Assembly (NCBI GenBank): GCA_050293845.1
Contig: JBNKNM010000064.1
Coordinates: 1-26,078 of the forward strand
DNA length: 26,078 bases
Reading direction: 5' to 3'
Source: Pseudobacteriovorax sp.
GTDB lineage: Bacteria; Bdellovibrionota_B; Oligoflexia; Oligoflexales; Oligoflexaceae
Part shown: positions 18,371-26,078 of the stretch, piece by piece
Position numbering within the stretch: the first letter of the stretch is position 1
Layout of the letters: every line of letters begins with the position of its first letter
Notes under the pieces: model-generated
Databases searched by the model: none
Told to the model about the DNA's origin: nothing
The model's input: only the letters and a program-made list of their open reading frames with translations
Translations under genes and position numbers: made by a program

Positions 18371-20446
18371 ATGGAGACGGCCTTGAAAAAAATTTTAATC
18401 ATTATCGCTAGTATTCATCTATCACATTGCACCAAACCGAAACATGCTGACGACTCAGCAACTGTACTACGTGATATTTATCACAGGACATCAACAGAGA
18501 TTAATCACCTAAATGAAATTCTAGCTTTTGCTGTGGGCCTTAAGGCGTCAGATAGTAGTTCTGGAGAGTTAGTGGGTATCCATCATTCTGGGAAAATATC
18601 TTCTATTGATATTAATAACTGCTCCCCTTGCATCATCGAGAATATTCTACCGAGCCCCGATGGATTGATCCTAAAAGGTAAGTTGTCTATTATTAACGCA
18701 AATAACAACCTAGAGCAATCAAGCTTAGCTTTTTGGAATTACAAAGAAATACAGCCGATCTTTAATAAGCCTGTGTCAAAACTGCGTTATAAAAAGGGGC
18801 TTCTGACCTTTGAGTCATCCCATGAAAATCTACTGTATATAACTGATTTAGAAGGAAGATCCATCTCCACTGTAAATTTAAACTCCTGGATAGACTTTAC
18901 TCTGCAAGGTGATCAAAAAGTACTTATTTCAAATTCCGACCCATGGCCCAAATCTGAAGATGATTACTTTTTTATCGAAAATGGTGATCAATTACTTGGT
19001 AGTAGCCGGTTTATGATCGATACTAAGTATGAAGAAAAGAGGCTTACTGAGGATTTATGCCATGATGGTCAGTATTTTTGGAAGGCTTTTTCTGCTCATG
19101 GAGAGGGATATACACGCAGTATTGTTCCAGCTCCTTTTGCACCTGGGGCAATAAGCCATCAGGATGAATCCCATATTTTTGTTACAAGCCAAGATAGACA
19201 AGCAGCAAGGGCTATTTCGTTATATGCCCAAATCCCTCTCATTAACAGAAACTATTTTAGCTTTTATGAACTGGATCATGACAATCATCTAGTTTTTGAT
19301 GGTTTTAACCTTATTCAGGAGAATCCCAATCACAAGAACTATTTGCTACCTTACAGCCTTATTAGCTATGATTTTTTTGATCTCGATTACATTTCCAAAA
19401 TCTTCTACCGTAAGCAAGGGTTTTCTCAAATAATGGGAATCACTAAAGATGGTTATCTTACCCCGATTGACCCTAAATCTGGTGCCATTGATTATAAACA
19501 TAAGAAAAAGATCAGTTATTCTCAAATAGAGCCCCTGCAGTTGATTCGTTTGGATGGTAAAATAAAGGGTTTGAATACAAAATCATTCGAATTGATAGAA
19601 ATTATACCTGAAGCAAAATCTTACTCTGCAAAGATTGTAAAAAAATTCGACGAAATTTCCCAACTAGAGGAAGTTTTCCAACATCAAAATCATATGATTG
19701 TCTTTGCAAATAAAAAATTATATAAACTTAATTCACATTATAATCTTAAACAGCTCAATAGTAACAACTGTTCTGTCATAGCAGCAAACAAAGATTCCGA
19801 CATTAAAATTATTACCATTGAAAAATGTTTTGATAGTCATATTATAGCTAAGTATCAATTTGTCCTAGATGAAGTTATCAGAACAGAATCCAGTATCACA
19901 CCTAAGATATCAGATTTTATCAAGCAAAATCATGGTGAAAGATTTACGATCCAAAATTTTGAAAGCGGTTATAAGATTAATAGTTATGAAAATAAAAATT
20001 GTAGGTTTTCCAGCATTATTGCCTCAAAGACAGAAGATTTTTCCCCTATTCTTGAAGGACCCAAGTTTCAAGATATACTCGGATCTTATTTTAAGAAACA
20101 AAACGGAGAGATTATAAGTATTCACAGTATAGGTAATGATAAGATCTTATTATCTGGAAAAACAGCGTATGGTTATCAAAATGTAATATTTTTCAAAGAT
20201 CGCAGCCTTGAGATCCATATTCCTCAATGGGACCAAATAGCTGTTTCTGAGCTACTATCCCTTAGCGATAAAGATGTGATTCTTTCCGGCACTAAGAAAG
20301 GAGAACCAACAATTCTATTGGTCAATATCAATACTATGAATACTATTGAAATTTATAATGGCAATGAATTCTTCATAAGAAAGCTAACGCGACCTAATAT
20401 TAATGACGATGGGCTGTCTCTACCAATTGAGTCGCTAAGTAATTAA
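18371..20446 (+). CDS. Hypothetical large lipoprotein, beta-rich (possible propeller)
   Basis: 691-aa ORF; TTG 18383 after GGAG gives MKKILIIIASIHLSHC (lipobox-like). Confidence 0.7.
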   Translation: METALKKILIIIASIHLSHCTKPKHADDSATVLRDIYHRTSTEINHLNEILAFAVGLKASDSSSGELVGIHHSGKISSIDINNCSPCIIENILPSPDGLILKGKLSIINANNNLEQSSLAFWNYKEIQPIFNKPVSKLRYKKGLLTFESSHENLLYITDLEGRSISTVNLNSWIDFTLQGDQKVLISNSDPWPKSEDDYFFIENGDQLLGSSRFMIDTKYEEKRLTEDLCHDGQYFWKAFSAHGEGYTRSIVPAPFAPGAISHQDESHIFVTSQDRQAARAISLYAQIPLINRNYFSFYELDHDNHLVFDGFNLIQENPNHKNYLLPYSLISYDFFDLDYISKIFYRKQGFSQIMGITKDGYLTPIDPKSGAIDYKHKKKISYSQIEPLQLIRLDGKIKGLNTKSFELIEIIPEAKSYSAKIVKKFDEISQLEEVFQHQNHMIVFANKKLYKLNSHYNLKQLNSNNCSVIAANKDSDIKIITIEKCFDSHIIAKYQFVLDEVIRTESSITPKISDFIKQNHGERFTIQNFESGYKINSYENKNCRFSSIIASKTEDFSPILEGPKFQDILGSYFKKQNGEIISIHSIGNDKILLSGKTAYGYQNVIFFKDRSLEIHIPQWDQIAVSELLSLSDKDVILSGTKKGEPTILLVNINTMNTIEIYNGNEFFIRKLTRPNINDDGLSLPIESLSN

Positions 20447-20495
20447 AGCAAGTCTGAAAATATAACGAACAAAAACAGTAATGAACCAGTATTTC

Positions 20496-20630
20496 TCATT
20501 CAAATAAAGGACCTATTAAGGAAATAACTACTGGTAACAAAATGCATATATATAGCAAACTCTTAAGTTTAATTTCAGAATGATAGGAAACTGTCTCAGA
20601 TCTATCATTCAATAGAGTTTTATTCTTCAT
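20496..20630 (-). CDS. Small single-TM protein (44 aa)
   Basis: AGGGAG RBS, MKNKTLLNDRSETVSYHSEIKLKSLLYICILLPVVISLIGPLFE*, with its own sigma-28-type promoter. Confidence 0.5.
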   Translation of the reverse strand: MKNKTLLNDRSETVSYHSEIKLKSLLYICILLPVVISLIGPLFE

Positions 20631-20673
20631 AAAGTCTACTCCCTAGATTTTCTTGACTAATTTGGTACATATC

Positions 20674-20700
20674 TCTTCGGTAAATTACAATCAAACTCTA
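20674..20700 (-). promoter_or_regulatory. Sigma-28-type promoter
   Basis: TAGAGTTT-N11-ACCGAAGA. Confidence 0.5.
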
Positions 20701-20765
20701 ACGGAGTATATTATGATAATATAATTACAAATTTAGCATATTTATTTTCCTATGTAAGGTTTAAT

Positions 20766-22319
20766 TTATGCTGCATCTGTAAAATAATGAAGTGAAGAAC
20801 GGCCTATTTTTTTTGCTTCATTTTTATCAATAGCAAAAAAAGCAGCCACTTCTGTCTTTGCATTGGGTTTTACATTAAAAACAACGAGATCAGCTCCTTC
20901 TACAATCATAAATAGCCCGCGGCCAGCTCCCCCTTTTTTGATATCCAGCGTTCCGGCTTTTTCGCTATAGCAACTCTGTAAGTATCTAAATACTGTAGCT
21001 TTACTAATTGAGCCGAATGGATCTTGGGCGGCAATACCTATATATGAGCCATCGCAGGCATAGCAAAATGTTCCTTGTTCGTTCTCCTTCAATTTTACTG
21101 CAATTCGACGATCCAAACGGTTATAAACAGATTTACCATTTCGATCTATAGGAGCATCATAGATAGCATTAAGAAGCAACTCTTCTGCAACCATAGTAAC
21201 TCTACTTATGAGACCTTTTGTAAGGCCTAACTGTTTAAAATAGTTTTTCATCGTCTGCAAAACTTGAATACGATGATCACTTCCAAGAATTTGTGCACTT
21301 TCGACTTTTGTTCCTGACTCCAAATATTTTTCTAAACCAAAGATATCTCCTGTTGTAATTTTTCTGATGGTACTTAGGACACCTTTGACTGAAAATTTAT
21401 AATCGAGTTGGCTTAAAGAGACTATATTTTGAATATAGGGATAGGGAGCTAACAGAGGAATATATTCAGCAGGATTATCGAATGTTAGGAATACAATTTT
21501 TGTTTTTGGATTTCGATCTCTAGCTATTGCTGCAAGATTAATCATTTCTTTATCTACTATGACCATATCATAGTTATTTTGATATATAAGCTCCCTACCT
21601 CTTTCATATTCAAGTGTAGAGTCAAGCTTTGCCCCTGTGCTGCTTAATGCCATTCGTGTGACTCTTTGCGATTTTGAATTTACCGTGCAAAATAGTATAT
21701 TTAAATTAGTAAGATCAAGACCAGATGCTTCTATATTTGTATGAATTTCACGTAGGTCACTTTTCAGGCTCCCAATGAGACTTTGATGAAAATTTAAAAT
21801 CTTGTGATGAACATTGGCAATAATGGCTTCTTGGATAGGATCGACAAGCTCATGATTTCTTTGGTTTTTTTGCAAAAATTCGCTACTCAATTTATTATCA
21901 AGAGTATAACCTAGCAGGGAGTCATAGGAGTTAATGATTTTTTCTACCACGTCCTCTAGTGTGACAACACCATGAAGAATTCCACTTTCATCCACCACAG
22001 GGAGGCAATCAAACTCATGATTAATGAAAATTTGCAGTGCTGCTTCAAGAGTACATTTAGGAGTAACTGTTACTGGGTTAGGTGTCATCATATTCAATAC
22101 CCTAAAGTATGAATCTACCTGACGTTTCTTGAGTAAGATATGATAAACTAAGTCATGTTTTGTTACGATTCCGACTAATCGAGTCTTTTCTACTACTAAA
22201 ACACAGTTAGCTCCCCCTTCAGATATCTTGCTTAGCAATTCAGCTACTGGGGTTTCAGGTTCTACACACTGGTCTTGAAAGCGATTTTTACGAAACTCTA
22301 GTAGCCACTTAATGTCCAT
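20766..22319 (-). CDS. CBS pair + receiver-like + anti-sigma-type HATPase protein
   Basis: LVGIVTKHDL, MMTPNPVTV, LPVVDESGILHGVVT (CBS); YDMVIVD (REC-like); GDIFGLEKYL, EELLLNAIYDAP, DPFGS, GAGRGL (GHKL). GAGGA RBS favours ATG 22319 over 22361. Confidence 0.85.
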   Translation of the reverse strand: MDIKWLLEFRKNRFQDQCVEPETPVAELLSKISEGGANCVLVVEKTRLVGIVTKHDLVYHILLKKRQVDSYFRVLNMMTPNPVTVTPKCTLEAALQIFINHEFDCLPVVDESGILHGVVTLEDVVEKIINSYDSLLGYTLDNKLSSEFLQKNQRNHELVDPIQEAIIANVHHKILNFHQSLIGSLKSDLREIHTNIEASGLDLTNLNILFCTVNSKSQRVTRMALSSTGAKLDSTLEYERGRELIYQNNYDMVIVDKEMINLAAIARDRNPKTKIVFLTFDNPAEYIPLLAPYPYIQNIVSLSQLDYKFSVKGVLSTIRKITTGDIFGLEKYLESGTKVESAQILGSDHRIQVLQTMKNYFKQLGLTKGLISRVTMVAEELLLNAIYDAPIDRNGKSVYNRLDRRIAVKLKENEQGTFCYACDGSYIGIAAQDPFGSISKATVFRYLQSCYSEKAGTLDIKKGGAGRGLFMIVEGADLVVFNVKPNAKTEVAAFFAIDKNEAKKIGRSSLHYFTDAA

Positions 22320-22335
22320 TGAATTCCTCGTATAC

Positions 22336-22620
22336 TTAACCCTGTGGAGTAAATTCGCCATTTTGCCAGCACGTACCTTCTGATGTTGAATGAGCAGAAG
22401 ATAGATTACAATATCTTTTACTTACCCATGTCTGCTTAGTAACTTTTAGGTCTATATCAAATGAGAATTCCGAGGATAGTGCCAAATATCCATCAACCAG
22501 AATTTCACGAGATCCGGATACTTCCTCTTCGTTACTCGTGATTTCGGAACTAGTTTGCCTACTTGGCTCAAAGGCAAGTAAATAAAACACAAGCCCAGCT
22601 ACCCTGGGAGCTATTTTCAT
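22336..22620 (-). CDS. Small hypothetical protein, first gene of the operon with the CBS protein
   Basis: AGGAGG RBS before ATG 22620, hydrophobic N-terminus, stop 16 nt before ATG 22319. Confidence 0.55.
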   Translation of the reverse strand: MKIAPRVAGLVFYLLAFEPSRQTSSEITSNEEEVSGSREILVDGYLALSSEFSFDIDLKVTKQTWVSKRYCNLSSAHSTSEGTCWQNGEFTPQG

Positions 22621-22637
22621 AGGCACCTCCTCTCTTC

Positions 22638-22664
22638 TTTTCGTAAGAAAGGAAAAATGCTTTA
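22638..22664 (-). promoter_or_regulatory. Sigma-28-type promoter
   Basis: TAAA-N15-TACGAAAA. Confidence 0.45.
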
Positions 22665-22882
22665 CGTATGGAATTAAAATTTTGGCTATTTATTGCTGTC
22701 AAAATAATTCAAACACTCCACTCATCCAAATGAGCTAACTAATTGAGTATCATTTTCATTTCAACTTCCTCTTAATGAACTGTGATCCAAACACTTTGCC
22801 ATCACCTAAAAAAATTAAACAAAATACTTGGCCAATTAACCAGCTATAACATACTGTATTATTTGATGAAATATACTCTATT

Positions 22883-22909
22883 TAAGATATTGCCAACTAG
22901 ATCCGATAA
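22883..22909 (+). promoter_or_regulatory. Sigma-28-type promoter
   Basis: TAAG-N15-TCCGATAA upstream of the REC gene. Confidence 0.6.
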
Positions 22910-22945
22910 ATCACTTAGGAATTTCAAAGATAAGGGGACTGTTTA

Positions 22946-23341
22946 ATGAAGAAAGTATTGCTAATTTATGATCAGGAATCTTCTGCCCAAGCTCATAGCA
23001 GGAGTCTTTATTACCGCGGTGTATATCCCATGGTAAGTAACGATTTAGAGGATGCATACAAACTGACATGTTATGGCCGGTATGATCTAGTGGTGTTAGA
23101 CTTTCTTGATAATGAAAAGAAGATGACACAGGCTATTGAGCGCTTCAATGAGAGAAATGTGAAGATTATCGCTTTAATGTCAGATTATACAGAAGAAAAG
23201 GCACAGTTATATCGAAACTTAGGTGCTGATGAAGTCATTGCCAAACCTATGCATGCCCGTGAATTCATGACCCACATTTGCCAACGCCTTCAAGTTGGAA
23301 AGGAAGCCCAGTTTACTGGTGAATTCGCTTGGGGGTACTAA
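22946..23341 (+). CDS. Single-domain response regulator (atypical acidic pocket)
   Basis: KVLLIYDQ...YDLVVLD...IIALMS...LGADEVIAKP; AAGGGG RBS. Confidence 0.85.
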   Translation: MKKVLLIYDQESSAQAHSRSLYYRGVYPMVSNDLEDAYKLTCYGRYDLVVLDFLDNEKKMTQAIERFNERNVKIIALMSDYTEEKAQLYRNLGADEVIAKPMHAREFMTHICQRLQVGKEAQFTGEFAWGY

Positions 23342-23595
23342 TCTCATATATTATTGAGATTTTGGTGATCATTGGAAGGACAGGAGATAAAAATCAACCA
23401 ATAGAATACGAAAAGCTGTTTCCTTTAGAATTAGAGACTCATACAAATTAAATGCAACTCACAATAGTATACGAAACGAAGCTCTGCCCCTTATGGGGTG
23501 GCTAGAGCTGGTAACCTTCTCTAGTCATATTCATCATGTAGATTACTCATATGACTACGTGTCAGTATGTCTATGAATTTATCTGGATTTTTTTC

Positions 23596-23624
23596 TTGCA
23601 TCATAAAAAAAACTAATGCAGTAT
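23596..23624 (+). promoter_or_regulatory. Sigma-70-type promoter for the tRNA
   Basis: TTGCAT-N17-CAGTAT, 16 nt before the tRNA. Confidence 0.45.
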
Positions 23625-23640
23625 CTTCCTCACTTCTTCT

Positions 23641-23716
23641 GGGGGTATAGCTCAGTTGGTAGAGCATCAGATTTGCATTCTGAGGGTCAGCGGTTCGACT
23701 CCGCTTACCTCCACCA
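23641..23716 (+). tRNA. tRNA-Ala(TGC)
   Basis: 76-nt cloverleaf: GGGGGTA/TACCTCC acceptor stem with G3:U70, TCAGA-TTTGCAT-TCTGA anticodon arm, GGTTCGAC T loop, CCA end. Confidence 0.98.
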
Positions 23717-23761
23717 TTTAGGGCTTAAGCCTTGAAGATGATTAAAGAATTTTTTACTTGG

Positions 23762-23782
23762 TACGTGATTTATTACGTGATT
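23762..23782. repeat. Direct repeat TACGTGATT x2 (putative integrase arm-type sites)
   Basis: Copies at 23762-23770 and 23774-23782, between the tRNA and the integrase stop. Confidence 0.6.
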
Positions 23783-23876
23783 CTAAAAAGACAATGATTT
23801 CAACAGTTTGCTAGACCCGGTGAAATTAGAGCTTAGAAACCAAGAAAAAATATCCCAAGAAGACCTCGGTAAGAAC

Positions 23877-24731
23877 TTAAAAACTTACCGGGGTTTCTTT
23901 TTTTGCGTCACCTAAATTTTGAAAAAGACCGTAAACTTGTTGCGGTGTATCGTTGCCGTTTAGGATTGCGATTTTAGCGTAGTGCTTAGTTTGCCTTTCG
24001 CTAATGTGACCTAGAACGTTTTGGATTTTAGCTAGATCCCCTGTGACCTTAAGGGCCAGTGTTGCAAACGTATGCCGACAAATGTGAGTTCCAGAAAATT
24101 TGATTCCCGCCTTCTCCATAGATCCAGAAAAAGCCTTATACAAAGTTGAGTAATGTAGCGCCTCACCCGTATCGCGTTCAAAAATGAAATGGCGATGCTT
24201 ACTTTTTACCTTCATTTCCAAAAGCATTTTCCTAAGACCTTCAGGCATTGCTATGGTTCTTAGGGACTGAGTGTTTTTAGCTTCGCCCTCATCTTGAAGG
24301 TAGGGCCGCTTAGTCTTTTGTTCCCATGAAAGAGTCCGATCGATAGTAATGGTGCTATTATCAAAATCGATACATGGCGACCAACGCAAACCGCAAGCCT
24401 CACCCAAACGAAAACCTGTTCCAACCATTAGATGGGCTAGTTTTTGATAGATTGGATTTTTCATTGTTTCCAGAACCTCTAGCCATCTTTTAACGTCTTC
24501 AACGTTCATGTAGAACTCGTTAGTCTTTCCTCTGTAGCTAACCTTGCCAGGAATCTTAGTCCTTTTCTTATGGCGGCGAAGAAAGGGAACAACATAGCCA
24601 TTCTCCTTATTCTCTCGATACCAATTAAGCAAAGTTTTAAACAAAGCCAGCTCGTATAGAAATGAAGTTCTTTTATACGATTTAACGCAATCATGATCGT
24701 GAAGCCACTCAAACCAATGATCAATAGCCAT
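23877..24731 (-). CDS. Tyrosine recombinase/integrase, apparently N-terminally truncated
   Basis: GTGFRLGE (R), AKN (K), HICRHT (HxxR), LGH, TKHY (Y) are all intact; only 284 aa, with no RBS before the ATG. Confidence 0.9.
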   Translation of the reverse strand: MAIDHWFEWLHDHDCVKSYKRTSFLYELALFKTLLNWYRENKENGYVVPFLRRHKKRTKIPGKVSYRGKTNEFYMNVEDVKRWLEVLETMKNPIYQKLAHLMVGTGFRLGEACGLRWSPCIDFDNSTITIDRTLSWEQKTKRPYLQDEGEAKNTQSLRTIAMPEGLRKMLLEMKVKSKHRHFIFERDTGEALHYSTLYKAFSGSMEKAGIKFSGTHICRHTFATLALKVTGDLAKIQNVLGHISERQTKHYAKIAILNGNDTPQQVYGLFQNLGDAKKETPVSF

Positions 24732-25115
24732 TGCATTGATGTTTGTTACAGGCAGGACTACCTTAAAACCCTCGATGAAAAGTTTTTAAATTTAAAAGAG
24801 GGAATCGAGCCAACAAGGTTCATTTTAAAAGGTGAGCTTGATTGGCAAGGTTCGAAAGCCTTAATGGATTCTCAGCTTGAAATCAAAGGAAAAGAGGCAT
24901 CCTTTAAAATGGGATCTATCCTTGATGAGGTGCGCTACTCCCTTATTGATATCGAAAACGGCCAAGGTCTCGAATATAAATGCGGCGAAGATGGCTATAC
25001 TAGCCAGGATCTTATCGCAGCCCTTCATGCGGTAGGTATTGTAATGGAACTATGGACCGCTCTTAAGCACCTTAGAAAAGATCTTAAAAAGGAAGAAGAA
25101 ACAAGAAAAAAGTAA
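24693..25115 (+). CDS. Phage tail assembly chaperone (gpG-like), 5' end probably missing
   Basis: Two genes before the tape measure; ends AGA AAA AAG TAA (slippery A AAA AAG); its first codons lie antisense inside the integrase. Confidence 0.7.
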   Translation: MIVKPLKPMINSHCIDVCYRQDYLKTLDEKFLNLKEGIEPTRFILKGELDWQGSKALMDSQLEIKGKEASFKMGSILDEVRYSLIDIENGQGLEYKCGEDGYTSQDLIAALHAVGIVMELWTALKHLRKDLKKEEETRKK

Positions 25116-25540
25116 TGGCTCTTTTGGAGCTTTCCTTTGCGGATACCACAGAGCTAGCAAGGCAAGGGCGATCATTTAACTGTGTAAACTGCCCCCTAGG
25201 AATCCAAAAGGTAAGGCGATGCCACGAGAACAGAATGGACTTTACAAGAAAAGATGGAAGTATCTGGCCTATGCAGATCCAAAAAGGAGGCAGCTACTTT
25301 GGTTTTTGTCCAGCTAAAGCTGGTTGGGAGTCATCTACTGTGAAGCTCTATAGAACTCTCGTTGTAGCTTGCGAGCAAAAAAGTCTACTCATCGATGGTG
25401 GGATCAACAATCAGCCATCTTGGTTTATCGATTATCTATCTTGGTTTGCACCGCTTTATGACTCCCTAAAATTTAGTTCTAGGATTCTCCCCATAGTCTC
25501 AGGATTAGTCAGAAATGGCACTCGATCAAAACACGCTTAG
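25115..25540 (+). CDS. Phage tail assembly chaperone extension (gpT-like)
   Basis: In the -1 frame relative to the upstream ORF; GGINNQPSW motif; CxxC and other Cys; overlaps the tape measure start. Confidence 0.7.
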   Translation: MALLELSFADTTELARQGRSFNCVNCPLGIQKVRRCHENRMDFTRKDGSIWPMQIQKGGSYFGFCPAKAGWESSTVKLYRTLVVACEQKSLLIDGGINNQPSWFIDYLSWFAPLYDSLKFSSRILPIVSGLVRNGTRSKHA

Positions 25541-26078
25541 CGTTGTTATAAAATTGCAAACTAAAGGTGTTGCTCAAAATGCTATCCGAGCGGGAAAGTC
25601 ATTTGACAACCTGCGTCTTAATGTCATCTCTCTGAATCAAGCCCTTGAACTATTGGGCCGGGTACAGGCTAGCCTTGTCAAAGCCTTTGATCTAACTATT
25701 GCCAAGGCATCAAGGCTAGAGACTGGTATTGCTGAAATTACAACTCTTCTTGATGGTACAACCAATCTAGGAATGCAATTAACTGAGGATGTGCTTTCCT
25801 TACAGGATGCCTATGGAACTGATCAGATCGAGCTAGCAAAGTCGTTCTATAACGCTATCTCATCGGGTGCAGTAGGAGCCTCAAACGCCCATAGCCTCCT
25901 TGATGCTTCTAGCAAGTTGGCCGTTGGCGGTGTCACCGATCTTCAAAATGCTACCTCTGGTCTTACTTCCATTATGAACTCCTATGAGATGGAGGTAGGT
26001 CAAGCCAGCTCAATTAGTGATACCTTATTTCTTGGTATGAAAGCCGGTGTTACTACTATCGGAGAGCTATCAAGGGAG
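25515..26078 (+). CDS. Phage tail tape measure protein, TP901-like (partial, runs off the window end)
   Basis: Not in the ORF track. AGGA then ATG 25515: MALDQNTLSVVIKL...LETGIAEITTLL...LAKSFYNAISSG...SKLAVGGVTDL...LTSIMNSY...SDTLFLGMKAGVTTIGELS. Confidence 0.92.
   Translation, partial: MALDQNTLSVVIKLQTKGVAQNAIRAGKSFDNLRLNVISLNQALELLGRVQASLVKAFDLTIAKASRLETGIAEITTLLDGTTNLGMQLTEDVLSLQDAYGTDQIELAKSFYNAISSGAVGASNAHSLLDASSKLAVGGVTDLQNATSGLTSIMNSYEMEVGQASSISDTLFLGMKAGVTTIGELSRE

Larger units (their letters stand above)
23700..26078. mobile_element. Prophage (probably a deleted remnant) integrated at the tRNA-Ala 3' end; continues beyond the window
   Basis: Integrase convergent on the tRNA 3' end, followed by tail chaperone and tape measure genes. 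Confidence 0.85.

Noticed and set aside
19869..24736. ORFs 19869..20117, 22911..23129 and 24506..24736
   Set aside because: Alternative-frame or antisense overlaps with longer recognisable genes.
1..26078. CRISPR array, rRNA or IS transposase
   Set aside because: No regularly spaced repeats, rRNA-like sequence or transposase motifs seen by eye.

Overview
AT-rich bacterial chromosome segment. The gene content suggests a Bdellovibrionota/Oligoflexia-like delta-proteobacterium (inference only). From left to right: a partial ferredoxin-flavin oxidoreductase with a His-rich membrane partner; a Cys-repeat secreted protein; a ~10 kb signalling block (Hpt-REC, STAS-like/CheZ-like, CheX-like, PAS-PAS-Hpt-HATPase CheA-like kinase lacking a CheW domain, CheY, PilZ, pseudo-REC/TPR); a stand-alone MotA/ZorA-like + MotB/ZorB-like pair in which the B subunit carries a very long coiled coil; an msrA pseudogene missed by the ORF track; LolA-like, gloA, HNH, lipoprotein, CBS-REC-HATPase and REC genes; and tRNA-Ala(TGC). 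The tRNA is followed by a prophage remnant in which an N-terminally truncated integrase abuts the tail-chaperone (-1 frameshift pair) and tape-measure genes. Sigma-28-type promoters recur upstream of many transcription units.
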